Source: a bacterium (GTDB lineage Bacteria; Patescibacteriota; Andersenbacteria; UBA10190). From it: 64,000 nucleotides of DNA. Numbering within the stretch: position 1 is the first letter of the stretch; each line of letters begins with the position of its first letter. The stretch lies in assembly GCA_043811915.1 (NCBI GenBank), contig JBDRMS010000001.1, positions 14,499 to 78,498 of the forward strand, written 5' to 3'. Positions 26,798 through 37,179 of the stretch are shown piece by piece. The position numbers were made by a program, and so were the translations under genes. Under the pieces are notes generated by a model, which worked only from the letters and a program-made list of their open reading frames with translations, was not told where the DNA came from and did no database searches.

Positions 26798-26974
26798 ATA
26801 CGCTGCGTTAGAATGGGGTGTCGTCACGTATACAACGTATTTTTTCTATTAACTCTCTTTTGGGAACAAAGATTTGGAGAGGATTAGTTATTAAATCCTC
26901 TATGGATGGCACCTCGCAGGAGACACGAAACTGTTCCATTTTAGCAACGACCTCTTCTGGTATTTCCAGGATGA
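26798..26974 (-). CDS. Small hypothetical protein (58 aa), possibly RHH-type DNA-binding
   Basis: MIKFILEIPEEVVAKMEQFRVSCEVPSIEDL...; AGGAGT SD; below ORF-track cutoff; competing + ORF 26818..27033 looks spurious. Confidence 0.3.
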
Positions 26975-27017
26975 ACTTGATCATTGATAGATACTCCTTA
27001 TTTTGTAAGGGACTGTG

Positions 27018-27746
27018 TTATTTTTTGTCTTGAGTGGCGGATTCTTGCTTGCCTGTGGCTTGGTCTGACGAGGCTTTTTTAGTTTCTTCTCCTTCTTCTG
27101 TTTCTTCGCCTTCGCCAGCCTCTTCTTCTTTGACACCTTCGACACCTTGAACGTCTTCTGTTACCTCTTCGGCCAATTCGGCTTCCAGCTCTTCTTCGGT
27201 GCGAGGCGGCTGGACGAGAGCAATTACTTCTTCTGGTTCGTGTAGTAGCTCTACTCCCATAGGCAGCTTAAGATCGGCGACACGAATAGGCTCTTCGAAA
27301 GCTTTGAGAACAGAAATATCTATTTTTATGTCGTGAGGCAGGTCCTGGGGCAGAGCTTCCAGTTCAAGCTCGTCCAGATTGCGCACCAGCACTCCGCCTT
27401 GATCTTTAACGGCAGGAGATTCGCCGACGAAGTTCAAAGGCACGTGAGCAGTAATTTTTTCGTCCAAGCGTACCTGATAAAAATCAACATGGAGCAGCTT
27501 GCTTTTAACGGGGTGAACCTGTACTTCGCGAACCAGAACGGTGTGCTTGGTGGTGCCAAGCGATAGGTTAATGAGTGATGTGTGGCCGGCTTCTTTCAGA
27601 ACTTTGGTAAAAGCCTTTCGTTCTACCTGGAGAGCCTGGCTTTTGATGCCATGGCCATACAACACAGCCGGGACGATGTCCTGGTTACGTAGAGCATTTG
27701 ATTTACCCTGACGAGCGGTAACTTTCAGTTGAAACTGTTGCGCCAT
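27018..27746 (-). CDS. rplY: 50S ribosomal protein L25 (general stress protein Ctc form) with acidic C-terminal tail
   Basis: MAQQFQLKVTARQGKSNALRNQDIVPAVLYGHG N-terminus typical of L25/Ctc. Confidence 0.85.
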   Translation of the reverse strand: MAQQFQLKVTARQGKSNALRNQDIVPAVLYGHGIKSQALQVERKAFTKVLKEAGHTSLINLSLGTTKHTVLVREVQVHPVKSKLLHVDFYQVRLDEKITAHVPLNFVGESPAVKDQGGVLVRNLDELELEALPQDLPHDIKIDISVLKAFEEPIRVADLKLPMGVELLHEPEEVIALVQPPRTEEELEAELAEEVTEDVQGVEGVKEEEAGEGEETEEGEETKKASSDQATGKQESATQDKK

Positions 27747-27768
27747 AATCTATGGCGTATACCGTAAG

Positions 27769-28101
27769 TTACTTCTTGGATTTAGTCAATTCTTTTACGG
27801 CCTTGCGCTGATTTTTTTCCAGGAGTTCATATATGGCCAGAAATTCGTCGCTGGAAATGTCCTCTCCACCCATAAAGTGTTTTGTATCTTCTATAGTCAT
27901 GTCGGTGACGAGTCCCAGACTTACGATGCCAAGACCAGACATAGCAACAATAGCAATAATAGAACTTTCACATTCGGAACAGGTAATATAAACCATAGTG
28001 GCTTCATTCTCTTCACCAATAACCTGGGCACCGTCGAGATCATACTCGGCGCTGCAGAAGGGGCAGCGAGTGACCAAATGCATGCTTTCATCGAACACCA
28101 T
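27769..28101 (-). CDS. Zinc-ribbon plus TM hypothetical protein
   Basis: ATG 28101; CPFC...CSEC; central hydrophobic segment. Confidence 0.4.
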   Translation of the reverse strand: MVFDESMHLVTRCPFCSAEYDLDGAQVIGEENEATMVYITCSECESSIIAIVAMSGLGIVSLGLVTDMTIEDTKHFMGGEDISSDEFLAIYELLEKNQRKAVKELTKSKK

Positions 28102-28155
28102 GATACTTTGTATGGTAACTCGAAATAATAAAATTGTCAAACACGGTTTTGAACA

Positions 28156-29274
28156 CTAAAAATGTGCAATCTCTTCGGGAGGTTGGCGCACCCACTTGTT
28201 GTATAAATGCACTGACTGAACAATGGCTAATAGAATAATGGTGCTAATAAGGTTTGATCCTCCGTAACTTAACAGAGGTAGTGGAATACCGGTGACTGGA
28301 AGTAATCCCATATTCATACCGGCACTAACAAAAAAACTAAGCAGGAGAAGAGAAAAAACTCCCACGGCCAGGTATTGGCCAAATGGATCGCGAGTTATGC
28401 GAGCTATTTGTATTATCCGCCTTAAGAGAAGGACATAAAGAACCACAACCAGAGCGACGCCGACGAAGCCGAGCTCCTCGCCAATGCTGGCCAGTATAAA
28501 ATCGGTATGCTGCTCAGGAAGAAATTTAAGTTGTGACTGTGGGCCGTGGCCTAAACCACGGCCGAAAAAATGTCCGGATCCTAGTGCAACAATTGACTGA
28601 ACAACATTATAACCAGCGCCTAAGGGATCACTGGCTGGATCGAGAAAAATAATGAGTCGAGCTTTTTGATAGGCAGCGAAAAGCCATTGCCAGGCGGCTA
28701 GAAAGCCGAAAAAGCCGAATAGTCCCAGTAAAGCGATAATGCGCCAGGAAGTACCGACAAAGACAACAATAGCGGCCCAGACAAGGATCATAAGAGTAGC
28801 CACGCCAATATCGGGCTCAAGGGCTATTAGTAATACAGTCAAACCAGCTAGCAGCGCGCTGCTAACCAGCGTAGTCGGATTGGTAGGATAGCGCCGGGCA
28901 AACAACCAGGCCAGAATAATAATTAGAGCGATTTTCATGAACTCTGATGGCTGCATTTGCATACCCATAAATTCAAGTCTGGAGGTGGTGCCGCGAATGA
29001 CGAGTCCAGTTTGGGAAACAATAATCAAACCCGCCAGCCCCACTGCATAAATGATGACGGCGTAACGGCGAAGAAAGTGATAAGGGAATATACTAATAAC
29101 GACGTAAGCAATAATGCCAAGGCAAAAAGATGCTAGTTGGCGTAAGAAACGGGGTGATAAAAGCTGATCATCTGGCCCGGTACTGAGTAGCATAGTTAGC
29201 CCAAAAACAACCAAAAGAAAAGCAGCACCAGTTAAAATCCAGTCAAAGGAAATAACAATTTCTCTAAAACGCAT
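28156..29274 (-). CDS. SEDS-family peptidoglycan glycosyltransferase (RodA/FtsW)
   Basis: about 10 TM; conserved GSGHFFGRGLGHGPQSQLKFLPEQHTDFILASIGEELGFVG. Confidence 0.8.
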   Translation of the reverse strand: MRFREIVISFDWILTGAAFLLVVFGLTMLLSTGPDDQLLSPRFLRQLASFCLGIIAYVVISIFPYHFLRRYAVIIYAVGLAGLIIVSQTGLVIRGTTSRLEFMGMQMQPSEFMKIALIIILAWLFARRYPTNPTTLVSSALLAGLTVLLIALEPDIGVATLMILVWAAIVVFVGTSWRIIALLGLFGFFGFLAAWQWLFAAYQKARLIIFLDPASDPLGAGYNVVQSIVALGSGHFFGRGLGHGPQSQLKFLPEQHTDFILASIGEELGFVGVALVVVLYVLLLRRIIQIARITRDPFGQYLAVGVFSLLLLSFFVSAGMNMGLLPVTGIPLPLLSYGGSNLISTIILLAIVQSVHLYNKWVRQPPEEIAHF

Positions 29275-29275
29275 A

Positions 29276-30046
29276 TTACCTCAGCAGGCCGGGGTCGCCA
29301 GTCACATTTAAAATGTTGTCCTCCTTAAAGACATTGGTGGCAGGCAACACAATGACACGCTGGGTGGGCGTAGTTGGAGCTGGCCACTCGATAGTGAATT
29401 CGCGCTGCTGCCCGACATTGAATTCGCCAATAAACGTTTTACCAATGCCAACTACTTTATCTTCAGCGTCAAAGGCCACGCCGGTGATGTCAACATGACG
29501 CCAGCTAAGCGCGCCGGTATTGGTAACAATGCCTTTTTGTATTTCAACCTGTTTGTCACCTAGAGGGCGAGTAGTCCGGCCGCGCAGGAAGGAGTTGAAA
29601 GTGGGTGGGGAAATTGAAACAGGTACAGCAGCAAAAACAGGCTGCTCCGGGGTTTCAATGGCTACACGCGCTACAGGAGAAGAAGTAACGATTTCGAGCT
29701 GAGCCAGATAATTAAGGCTGCCGGGTAAAAGGTAAGTTGTTTCTTTTATACGATTAAGCTCACGGCCTGCTTCGTCATACAAGACAAAGATTATAGTATA
29801 TTCCGGGATGCCGGCGCGGGGATTAGGGTTACGCACGCGGGCCACTATATCTACACTGTCGTCGTGAGACACAGTGTCTATGCTTTCTATGACAACAGAC
29901 TCAGGTTGAACCAATTGGCCTGGTCCGGTGGATCTATGTAAAAACGGCAGTCTGGGGACAATAAAGACAGCCAGGACAACAAAAATAATGCTCAGAAAGA
30001 CTAGCGCATAAGTGGTCTTTTTCACGGTGCGGCGTAGGCTCAACAT
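29276..30046 (-). CDS. Membrane-anchored hypothetical protein upstream of SEDS gene
   Basis: N-terminal TM then 220-aa extracytoplasmic domain; 1-nt gap to rodA/ftsW. Confidence 0.45.
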   Translation of the reverse strand: MLSLRRTVKKTTYALVFLSIIFVVLAVFIVPRLPFLHRSTGPGQLVQPESVVIESIDTVSHDDSVDIVARVRNPNPRAGIPEYTIIFVLYDEAGRELNRIKETTYLLPGSLNYLAQLEIVTSSPVARVAIETPEQPVFAAVPVSISPPTFNSFLRGRTTRPLGDKQVEIQKGIVTNTGALSWRHVDITGVAFDAEDKVVGIGKTFIGEFNVGQQREFTIEWPAPTTPTQRVIVLPATNVFKEDNILNVTGDPGLLR

Positions 30047-30062
30047 GAATATATTGTAACCC

Positions 30063-30087
30063 GTAACTAGTAACTAGTAACTAGTAA
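30063..30087. repeat. Tandem heptamer GTAACTA x3 (plus partial)
   Basis: gtaactagtaactagtaactagtaa directly read, 10 bp upstream of a TGTATAAT -10-like box. Confidence 0.7.
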
Positions 30088-30096
30088 TTTTTGTGG

Positions 30097-30104
30097 TGTA
30101 TAAT
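30097..30104 (+). promoter_or_regulatory. Extended -10-like element TGTATAAT upstream of dnaE
   Basis: 17 nt upstream of dnaE ATG 30121; no clear -35. Confidence 0.3.
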
Positions 30105-30120
30105 GGTGGGCTAAGGTTTT

Positions 30121-33100
30121 ATGTCAGATTTTACTCATCTTCACGTTCATTCCCATTATTCCCTGCTGGACGGACTGGGCAAGATTGAACTGTTGTTAGA
30201 ACGGGTTAAGGAGCTGGGTATGGACAGTTTAGCTTTAACGGATCACGGGGTTATGTATGGGGTAATCGACTTTGTACGTACGGCACAAAATATGGATATT
30301 AAGCCGATTATTGGAATGGAGGCGTATTTAGCGCCGGAAGGGCATAAGCTTAAGCGAGGCAGAGTTGATGCGAGCGCGCGCCACTTAACTTTACTGGCAC
30401 AGAACAACGAAGGCTACCAGAACCTGATTAACCTGACGACGGCGGCGCATCTGGAGGGCTATTACTATAAACCCAGGATTGATTATGACCTTTTGTCTGA
30501 ACATGGGGAGGGTTTGATAGTGTTGTCCGGCTGCTTGAATGGCGATATTGCCAGAGCTATTGCGGAACACCGACGTGATGAGGCAGATCAATTAATACGC
30601 TGGCATTTGGACGTGTTTGGTCGGGAGCGCTTTTACCTGGAGGTACAAAGTCATGTAACGATTAACGAGCAAAAAGTAGTGAACGAGGCACTGATTGACT
30701 TCAGCAAAAAATATAAGCTGGGGCTGGTAGCCACGGCGGACACACACTATATACATGCCGATGATGCTGAAGCCCAGGATGTACTGTTGTGTGTACAAAC
30801 AGGCAAGGTAGTACAGGACAAAGACCGCATGTGCATGCTGGGAGAAGATTTTTCCTTAAAATCTCCGAAAGAGATGCGGGAAATATGGAAAGGGCACCCG
30901 TCGGCCATTGAGAATACTCAAAAAATTTCTGCCATGTGCCAGGTGAACCTTGAGTTCGGCTCAAGTAAGTTGCCGCATTATCCCCTGCCCAGGGGGATAA
31001 GTGCCAACAATGCCCTGCGAGGAATGTGCGAACAACGTCTGCTGGAGTGCTATCAAAAGGACGACCAACGCCAGGCGGCGCAGCGACGCCTTGATTATGA
31101 ACTAGGCGTAATAACCAAAACAGGCTTTGCTTCGTACTTTCTAATCGTGGCTGATTTTGTCAATGAGGCCAAGAAGCGCGGCATTCTAGTGGGTCCGGGT
31201 CGAGGCAGTGCCGCAGGTAGCATAGTATCGTATCTGACAAATATTACTGGCTTAGATCCTCTGCATTACAATTTATTGTTCGAGCGCTTCTTGAACCCGG
31301 AACGTGTGTCTATGCCTGATATCGACCTTGATTTTGCTGATGATCGCCGGGACGAAGTAATAGATTATGTACGGGAAAAGTATGGTAACCAGCACGTAGC
31401 CCAAATTATTACATTCGGGACTATGGCGGCGCGGGCGGCGGTGCGCGACGCGGGTCGCGCGCTGGGCTTCCCTTATGTATTTTGCGACCGGGTGGCCAAG
31501 TCTGTTCCTCCTTTTCTGACCTTCGAGCAAGCATTGGATCAGTCGGGAGAGTTGCGCGAAATGTATGACGAAGATCCCCAAGCCAAACGCTTAATTGATA
31601 CAGCACGAAAATTGGAAGGAGTGTGCCGTCATGCTTCTACTCATGCCGCTGGAGTGGTAATCACGGAGGAGCCATTGATAAAACATGTGCCATTGCAATT
31701 GGCCAGCACCAGTAAAGACCAAGGGGACGTCGTGGTTACTCAATACGCAATGAACGACGTGGAAGCCCTGGGTTTGCTGAAGATGGATTTTCTGGGACTG
31801 AAGAACTTGACTATTATCCAAGATACAATAGATAGAATTAGAGCCAGACATGACAAGAAAATTGATATTAATAACTTGCCCTTGGATGATGAAGCAACCT
31901 ATCAATTACTGAAGGAAGGAAAAACCACGGGAGTATTTCAATTGGAATCGGCTGGCATGAAGCGCTGGCTCAAAGAGCTTAAGCCGACGGAGTTTGAGGA
32001 CATTATCTCGATGGTAGCCTTGTACCGGCCTGGGCCGATGGATTCTATTCCGGATTTTGTGGCAGCCAAACACGGGCGCCGGGATATTACTTACTTACAT
32101 CCAATCTTGAAACCAATCCTGGAAAAGACCTACGGCGTAATTGTCACGCAGGACCAGGTACTGCAGATAGCGAGAGAGTTTGCCGGTTTTACGTATGGCG
32201 AGGCAGATATTTTGCGCAAGGCAGTGGGAAAGAAAATAAAAAAACTTTTGGCAGAACAACGGGAAAAATTCGTACACGGAGCGGCGAGTAATAAAAAAAT
32301 AGATAAAAAAACTGCAGTAAGAGTGTGGGACTTTATTGAGCCATTTGCACGTTATGGATTTAATCGAGCTCACGCGGCTTGTTATGCCATGATTGCGTAT
32401 CAAACGGCATATTTGAAAGCTAAGCACCCGGCCGAATTTATGGCAGCGCTGTTGACCAGCGACGAAGGCAACGTAGACCGGCAAGCTATTGAGGTGGCCG
32501 AGGCTTTAAGTTTAAATTTGAAGGTACTGCCCCCTGATGTTAACGAAAGTGATCATAATTTTACGGTGGTGACGGTGGACGGGGAAGAAGTTATTAGATT
32601 TGGACTGGGGGCGATAAAGAATGTCGGCGAAGGCGTAGTGACGGCTTTAGTGGAAGAGCGGGAGGAGAATGGAAAGTATACGGATTTGTTGGATGTGTTC
32701 CGTCGGGCAAATTCAAAAGACTTTAATCGCAAATCAGTGGAAAGCTTAATCCGGGCCGGTGCCTTTGATTGTCTGGCGGAACGTAATTATTTATTGGAAA
32801 ATCTGGAAAAGTTATTGAATTTTAACCGTTCCCTGCACCGAAAAATTGATGCTGGCCAGCAAGGTTTGTTTGGTAACTCCAGCACGCCATTGTCCCCGCC
32901 TAGAATTTCGCTTGATGAGGTGCCAGCGGCAAGTCAGGATGAATGTCTGGCCTGGGAAAAAGAGCTACTGGGATTGTATATATCTGATCACCCTTTAAAA
33001 AATCTGGCTGGTGATCTGCAGGACGTGGCCACCCCGCTGGCGGAGCTTACTGTATTGTCCACAGCAGGAGAAGCGGCAAGGGTCAGGGTGGCTGGCATTA

Positions 33101-33636
33101 TTACCCGCATAACAAGAATTACCACTAAGCGTCAGCAGCAAATGATGTTTGTACAACTGGAGGATATGGCTGGCAAGGTTGAGGTGCTGGTTTTCCCGAC
33201 GCTGCTGGAAAAAACAGAGGATTTGTGGGTAGACGGTGTTAAGGTTCTGGTCGAAGGAAAAATATCAGATAAGGAAGGCGAAGTAAAGGTGCTGGCGGAT
33301 GCCGTTTGGGTAATTGAAGCCACATCGTTGGCAGCGACGGTTAAATCCTTGCCACCGTTAAAAAATGGTTATCAACCGGCCAAGCCTTCTTCTGAATCTG
33401 CCCGGCGGATGGTTATTCGCCTGCAAAATACTTTGCCAAAGGACGCTTTGCATAAATTGCGTCAAGTGCTGACAGAATATAATAAAGGAAAAGAGGGCAA
33501 CATGTTAGTTGAACTGCAAGTTCAACGCAACGGTGGCTTTGATACAATAGCAACTAATTTTTGCTTACCGCGGGATACAGCGGTGGCAGACTTGTTGGAG
33601 GAGATAGTGGGTCAACAGGCATTGGATTACAGATAG
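30121..33636 (+). CDS. dnaE: DNA polymerase III alpha subunit
   Basis: 1171 aa; PHP domain start MSDFTHLHVHSHYSLLDG; polymerase core motifs; OB-fold C-terminus. Confidence 0.95.
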   Translation: MSDFTHLHVHSHYSLLDGLGKIELLLERVKELGMDSLALTDHGVMYGVIDFVRTAQNMDIKPIIGMEAYLAPEGHKLKRGRVDASARHLTLLAQNNEGYQNLINLTTAAHLEGYYYKPRIDYDLLSEHGEGLIVLSGCLNGDIARAIAEHRRDEADQLIRWHLDVFGRERFYLEVQSHVTINEQKVVNEALIDFSKKYKLGLVATADTHYIHADDAEAQDVLLCVQTGKVVQDKDRMCMLGEDFSLKSPKEMREIWKGHPSAIENTQKISAMCQVNLEFGSSKLPHYPLPRGISANNALRGMCEQRLLECYQKDDQRQAAQRRLDYELGVITKTGFASYFLIVADFVNEAKKRGILVGPGRGSAAGSIVSYLTNITGLDPLHYNLLFERFLNPERVSMPDIDLDFADDRRDEVIDYVREKYGNQHVAQIITFGTMAARAAVRDAGRALGFPYVFCDRVAKSVPPFLTFEQALDQSGELREMYDEDPQAKRLIDTARKLEGVCRHASTHAAGVVITEEPLIKHVPLQLASTSKDQGDVVVTQYAMNDVEALGLLKMDFLGLKNLTIIQDTIDRIRARHDKKIDINNLPLDDEATYQLLKEGKTTGVFQLESAGMKRWLKELKPTEFEDIISMVALYRPGPMDSIPDFVAAKHGRRDITYLHPILKPILEKTYGVIVTQDQVLQIAREFAGFTYGEADILRKAVGKKIKKLLAEQREKFVHGAASNKKIDKKTAVRVWDFIEPFARYGFNRAHAACYAMIAYQTAYLKAKHPAEFMAALLTSDEGNVDRQAIEVAEALSLNLKVLPPDVNESDHNFTVVTVDGEEVIRFGLGAIKNVGEGVVTALVEEREENGKYTDLLDVFRRANSKDFNRKSVESLIRAGAFDCLAERNYLLENLEKLLNFNRSLHRKIDAGQQGLFGNSSTPLSPPRISLDEVPAASQDECLAWEKELLGLYISDHPLKNLAGDLQDVATPLAELTVLSTAGEAARVRVAGIITRITRITTKRQQQMMFVQLEDMAGKVEVLVFPTLLEKTEDLWVDGVKVLVEGKISDKEGEVKVLADAVWVIEATSLAATVKSLPPLKNGYQPAKPSSESARRMVIRLQNTLPKDALHKLRQVLTEYNKGKEGNMLVELQVQRNGGFDTIATNFCLPRDTAVADLLEEIVGQQALDYR

Positions 33637-33639
33637 TCT

Positions 33640-34773
33640 ATGCAGATTATCGTTCCGCGTCGTTCTATTTTGTTTTTGGCCGTATTGATTTCGGCCATTA
33701 TTGTCATGGGTTTGGCTTATGTTTATTTGCCACAAGCGCACATCACAGTAAGCCCCCTGGTTAAGAGCCGAACAATAGACCAGGAAATTATTTTATCCAG
33801 TTCAGCGAATGAACCTGATTTTGTGCACTTCATTTTACCAACTAAGGTGGTGCACAGAGAGGTAAAAGAGAGTCAGTTGTTTGAACAATCTACCACAAAT
33901 AAATTTGAGGACTTTGCGCGCGGAGAGGTGATCTTGTTTAACAGTCAGGAAGATGAACAACGTCTGCTGCCAAAAACGCATTTGCGGCATGAGGAAAGCG
34001 GTGTTTTCTTTTTGACCGATGCAGCCGTTGTCATACCACCACAAGGAGAAATAAAAGTAACGGTAACAGCCAGGGAAAAAGGTGAGACGGGTAACGTTGC
34101 GGCAGGTCGATGGCTGGTTGATAAATTACCGGCCAGTTTGCAAAGCCGCGTTTATGGAGAAAGTTCGGTGCCTTTTGGCGGAGGAATGGCGGCAGAGACC
34201 CCGTTGACGGAGGCGGAGTTAGAGCAAGCAAAAGAGAAGATACTGGCAGGCGCCCGGAGTCGCCTGGCAGGAGAGTTAACGGTGGCAGCGGGCGGGGCGC
34301 ACATTAGAGATGATCTTGTTTTGTATAGTGATGAGGTTACCGAGGCGTCGGTGGAGACCGGCAGCCGGGCCAGTCAATTTACGGTGACAACTTCTATGGC
34401 AGCCCGCGCTTTCCTGGTGGATGAAAATGATCTTTTAAGCTTGACTTTGCTTACTTTGCGCCAATCGGCCGGAGCAGAAGAGGAATTTATTGCTTTTGCG
34501 CCCGATTCTTTTAAGGTTGTAATTCAGCGCAGCGACTTTGAGCGTGGTGAGGCAGTGGTACTGGGAACGTTAACGGGCTCTTTTGCCAGTAAAATAGGGT
34601 CAGCGGTGTTTGGTGGTGAAAACCTGGCCGGCTTGGGTGAGAGTGAAGTTAGAGAAGTGTTACAGCGACAAACGGGGATTGGTGAAGTTAAAGTGAATTT
34701 TTCCCCTTTCTGGGTGCGGACAGTGCCGGCTAGAAAGGGAGCGGTAGAAATTTCAGCAACTAGTAATCAGTAA
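33640..34773 (+). CDS. Membrane-anchored hypothetical protein
   Basis: N-terminal TM LFLAVLISAIIVMGLAYVYL; 377 aa; 3 nt after dnaE stop. Confidence 0.5.
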   Translation: MQIIVPRRSILFLAVLISAIIVMGLAYVYLPQAHITVSPLVKSRTIDQEIILSSSANEPDFVHFILPTKVVHREVKESQLFEQSTTNKFEDFARGEVILFNSQEDEQRLLPKTHLRHEESGVFFLTDAAVVIPPQGEIKVTVTAREKGETGNVAAGRWLVDKLPASLQSRVYGESSVPFGGGMAAETPLTEAELEQAKEKILAGARSRLAGELTVAAGGAHIRDDLVLYSDEVTEASVETGSRASQFTVTTSMAARAFLVDENDLLSLTLLTLRQSAGAEEEFIAFAPDSFKVVIQRSDFERGEAVVLGTLTGSFASKIGSAVFGGENLAGLGESEVREVLQRQTGIGEVKVNFSPFWVRTVPARKGAVEISATSNQ

Positions 34774-34802
34774 CCGGTAATGTGCTAAGATACGGTTAGT
34801 GT

Positions 34803-36545
34803 ATGTCTGAAGAGATTAGCAAGAATAAACTGGAGGCGATGCGCCATACGGCGGCGCATGTGCTGGCAGCGGCTTCGCAGCAGTTGAAACCGGAAACGCG
34901 GTTGGGAGTAGGGCCATGTACGGAAACTGGATTTTTCCATGATATTGACGTGGACGATAATTGGACAGCGGAGGATTTGCCGACGCTGCAGAAAAAGATG
35001 GAGGAGATAAAGAAGATGGACTTGCCGATTAAGCAACGGGAGGTGAGAAAGGACGAAGCGCGAGAGTTGTTTAAAAACGATTCTTTTAAGCTGGGGCTAA
35101 TTGACGAAATTAAAGGAGACAAAGTCGGCGTGTCAGACATGGGTGAAGGATTCTTTGTCACGTTGTGTGAGGGTGATCATGCTAAGTCGACGGGTGATAT
35201 CGGGCATTTTAAATTGACGCACTTATCGGGAGTGTACTGGCGAGGCGATGAGAAAAAGCCGCAGTTGCAACGCATATTCGGCGTGCAGGCACCGACTAAA
35301 AAAGAACTGGACGAGTATTTAGAATTATTGACAGAGGCGAAAAAGAGAGATCATCGCAAGTTGGGGAAAAAGCTGGATTTGTTTACATTCTCTCCCCTGG
35401 TGGGGGCCGGGCTGCCGTTGTTTACGCCGCGGGGAACGATAATTGGGTACGAACTTGAAGATTTTTTGCAATCAATCCAGGAACCATTTGGTTATCAGCC
35501 GGTGTTTATACCGCATATTACGAAAAGGGCGCTATATGAAAAATCCGGCCACTGGGACAAATTTCATGAAGATTTATTCCATGTTAAAAGCAAGAGCGGC
35601 GATGATTTTGTGTTGAAGCCAATGAATTGTCCGCACCACACGCAAATTTATGCGGCGCGCAGGCGAAGTTATAAGGATTTGCCGCTGCGCTACTCGGAGG
35701 TGACGACGGTCTATCGCGATGAGCAAGCGGGAGAGTTGCAGGGACTGACGAGGGTACGAGCCATTACACAGGACGATGCGCATGTCTTTTGCCGACCAGG
35801 CCAGATCGAACAAGAGGTGGACGGCGTGCTGGATATTTTCGACCAGTTTTATAAAGTATTTGATTTTAAGCTGGCGCCGCGCTTGTCACTGCGCGACCCT
35901 AATCAGCCGCAAAAATACCTGGGAGATGATAAAGTCTGGCAACGATCGGAGAGTGTTTTAAGAAAATTGATTAAAAAGCGCAAGATGAATGTTATAGAGC
36001 AAGAGGGCGAAGCGGCCTTCTACGGACCAAAAATTGATTTCATAGCGACGGACGCCTTAAAACGCGAGTGGCAGCTGGCGACAATACAGCTTGATTTCAA
36101 TATGCCGACTCGCTTTAGTCTTACATTTACGGATGCCGACGGTAAAGAACAGACGCCGGTGATGATTCACCGGGCGGTGATGGGGGCTTTGGAGAGATTT
36201 ATGGCCATATTGCTGGAGCATTACGCCGGCGCGCTGCCGCTGTGGCTGTCCCCTACTCAAGCTGTAGTACTGCCCATTTCTGATGATCAAAATGAATACG
36301 CGTACAGGATATTAGAGGATTTAAAGAAGAATAATATTCGGGCAGAAGTTGATGAGCGAAGTGAAAGTATAGGAAAAAAGATTCGTGAGGCGGAAATTAT
36401 GAAAGTGCCGGTAATGTTGATTGTGGGAAAAAAAGAGGTGGAAAAAAGCGAGGTGTCGGTGCGAGACAGAGACGGCGATAAGGGTTCGGTAGCTTTGGAC
36501 AAGGCTATAAAGGATATTGCCCAAAAGATTGACAAGAAAAGTTAG
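34803..36545 (+). CDS. thrS: Threonyl-tRNA synthetase (short form lacking TGS domain)
   Basis: HTAAHVLAAA (SAD HxxxH), class II motifs, anticodon-binding C-terminus. Confidence 0.9.
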   Translation: MSEEISKNKLEAMRHTAAHVLAAASQQLKPETRLGVGPCTETGFFHDIDVDDNWTAEDLPTLQKKMEEIKKMDLPIKQREVRKDEARELFKNDSFKLGLIDEIKGDKVGVSDMGEGFFVTLCEGDHAKSTGDIGHFKLTHLSGVYWRGDEKKPQLQRIFGVQAPTKKELDEYLELLTEAKKRDHRKLGKKLDLFTFSPLVGAGLPLFTPRGTIIGYELEDFLQSIQEPFGYQPVFIPHITKRALYEKSGHWDKFHEDLFHVKSKSGDDFVLKPMNCPHHTQIYAARRRSYKDLPLRYSEVTTVYRDEQAGELQGLTRVRAITQDDAHVFCRPGQIEQEVDGVLDIFDQFYKVFDFKLAPRLSLRDPNQPQKYLGDDKVWQRSESVLRKLIKKRKMNVIEQEGEAAFYGPKIDFIATDALKREWQLATIQLDFNMPTRFSLTFTDADGKEQTPVMIHRAVMGALERFMAILLEHYAGALPLWLSPTQAVVLPISDDQNEYAYRILEDLKKNNIRAEVDERSESIGKKIREAEIMKVPVMLIVGKKEVEKSEVSVRDRDGDKGSVALDKAIKDIAQKIDKKS

Positions 36546-37159
36546 AACTTGAGGGGGATTTTTGAGACTTCGGGTTCGGATTCGTCTTTGGTGCCGGCGA
36601 CGGATTCTTCTTCTTCCAGCTTGAGATCACCAATTTGTTTTTCCAGGGACTCGGTAAGACGGACAAATTCCCTTTGCACGTTGTCATATTCCTTGTGCAG
36701 TTCCTGAAGCTGGCCCAGGGTTTGCTGGGCCAGTTTAAATGATTCTTCTGATTTCTGCTTAAGGCTGGCGACAACTTCGACGGGCGCTTCTTCGGCACGA
36801 GTGCGTACTTGTTCCAGGCTGTCTATTAGCAATTCAGCTTGAGGTAGAAAAGTTTCCGGTTTGCTCTTGGGATCGTTGAGAAGTTCTCTTAAGCGGGTAG
36901 CGTCATTTGATACATACAGAAGGGATATTTCGAGACGTTTTTCTTTATCCTGAATTACAAACTGCTCGCCCTTGCGTTTTAGGCGCACGGCGTAGGTGCG
37001 GCCTTTCTCCAGGGCGCTTTTATCTTTAAATAATGAGGATGCCTTGTCTGGAATGCTGGAAAAGTTTTCCGGGTTTATTTTAACTTCAATGACATCCCCG
37101 ATCACGGCGGCAATAATAGCCAAGCCTACGAAGATGGATACGATTTTTATTTTCGGCAT
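36542..37159 (-). CDS. Membrane-anchored coiled-coil hypothetical protein
   Basis: N-terminal TM IVSIFVGLAIIAAVIG; charged helical remainder. Confidence 0.4.
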   Translation of the reverse strand: MPKIKIVSIFVGLAIIAAVIGDVIEVKINPENFSSIPDKASSLFKDKSALEKGRTYAVRLKRKGEQFVIQDKEKRLEISLLYVSNDATRLRELLNDPKSKPETFLPQAELLIDSLEQVRTRAEEAPVEVVASLKQKSEESFKLAQQTLGQLQELHKEYDNVQREFVRLTESLEKQIGDLKLEEEESVAGTKDESEPEVSKIPLKF

Positions 37160-37179
37160 ATTATATATGATTATACCCT

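Noticed and set aside
21425-30087. Tandem repeats at 21425, 25971 and 30063 considered as possible CRISPR fragments
   Set aside because: Units are 7-13 bp and directly abutting, with no spacers and no cas genes; these are simple tandem repeats, not CRISPR.
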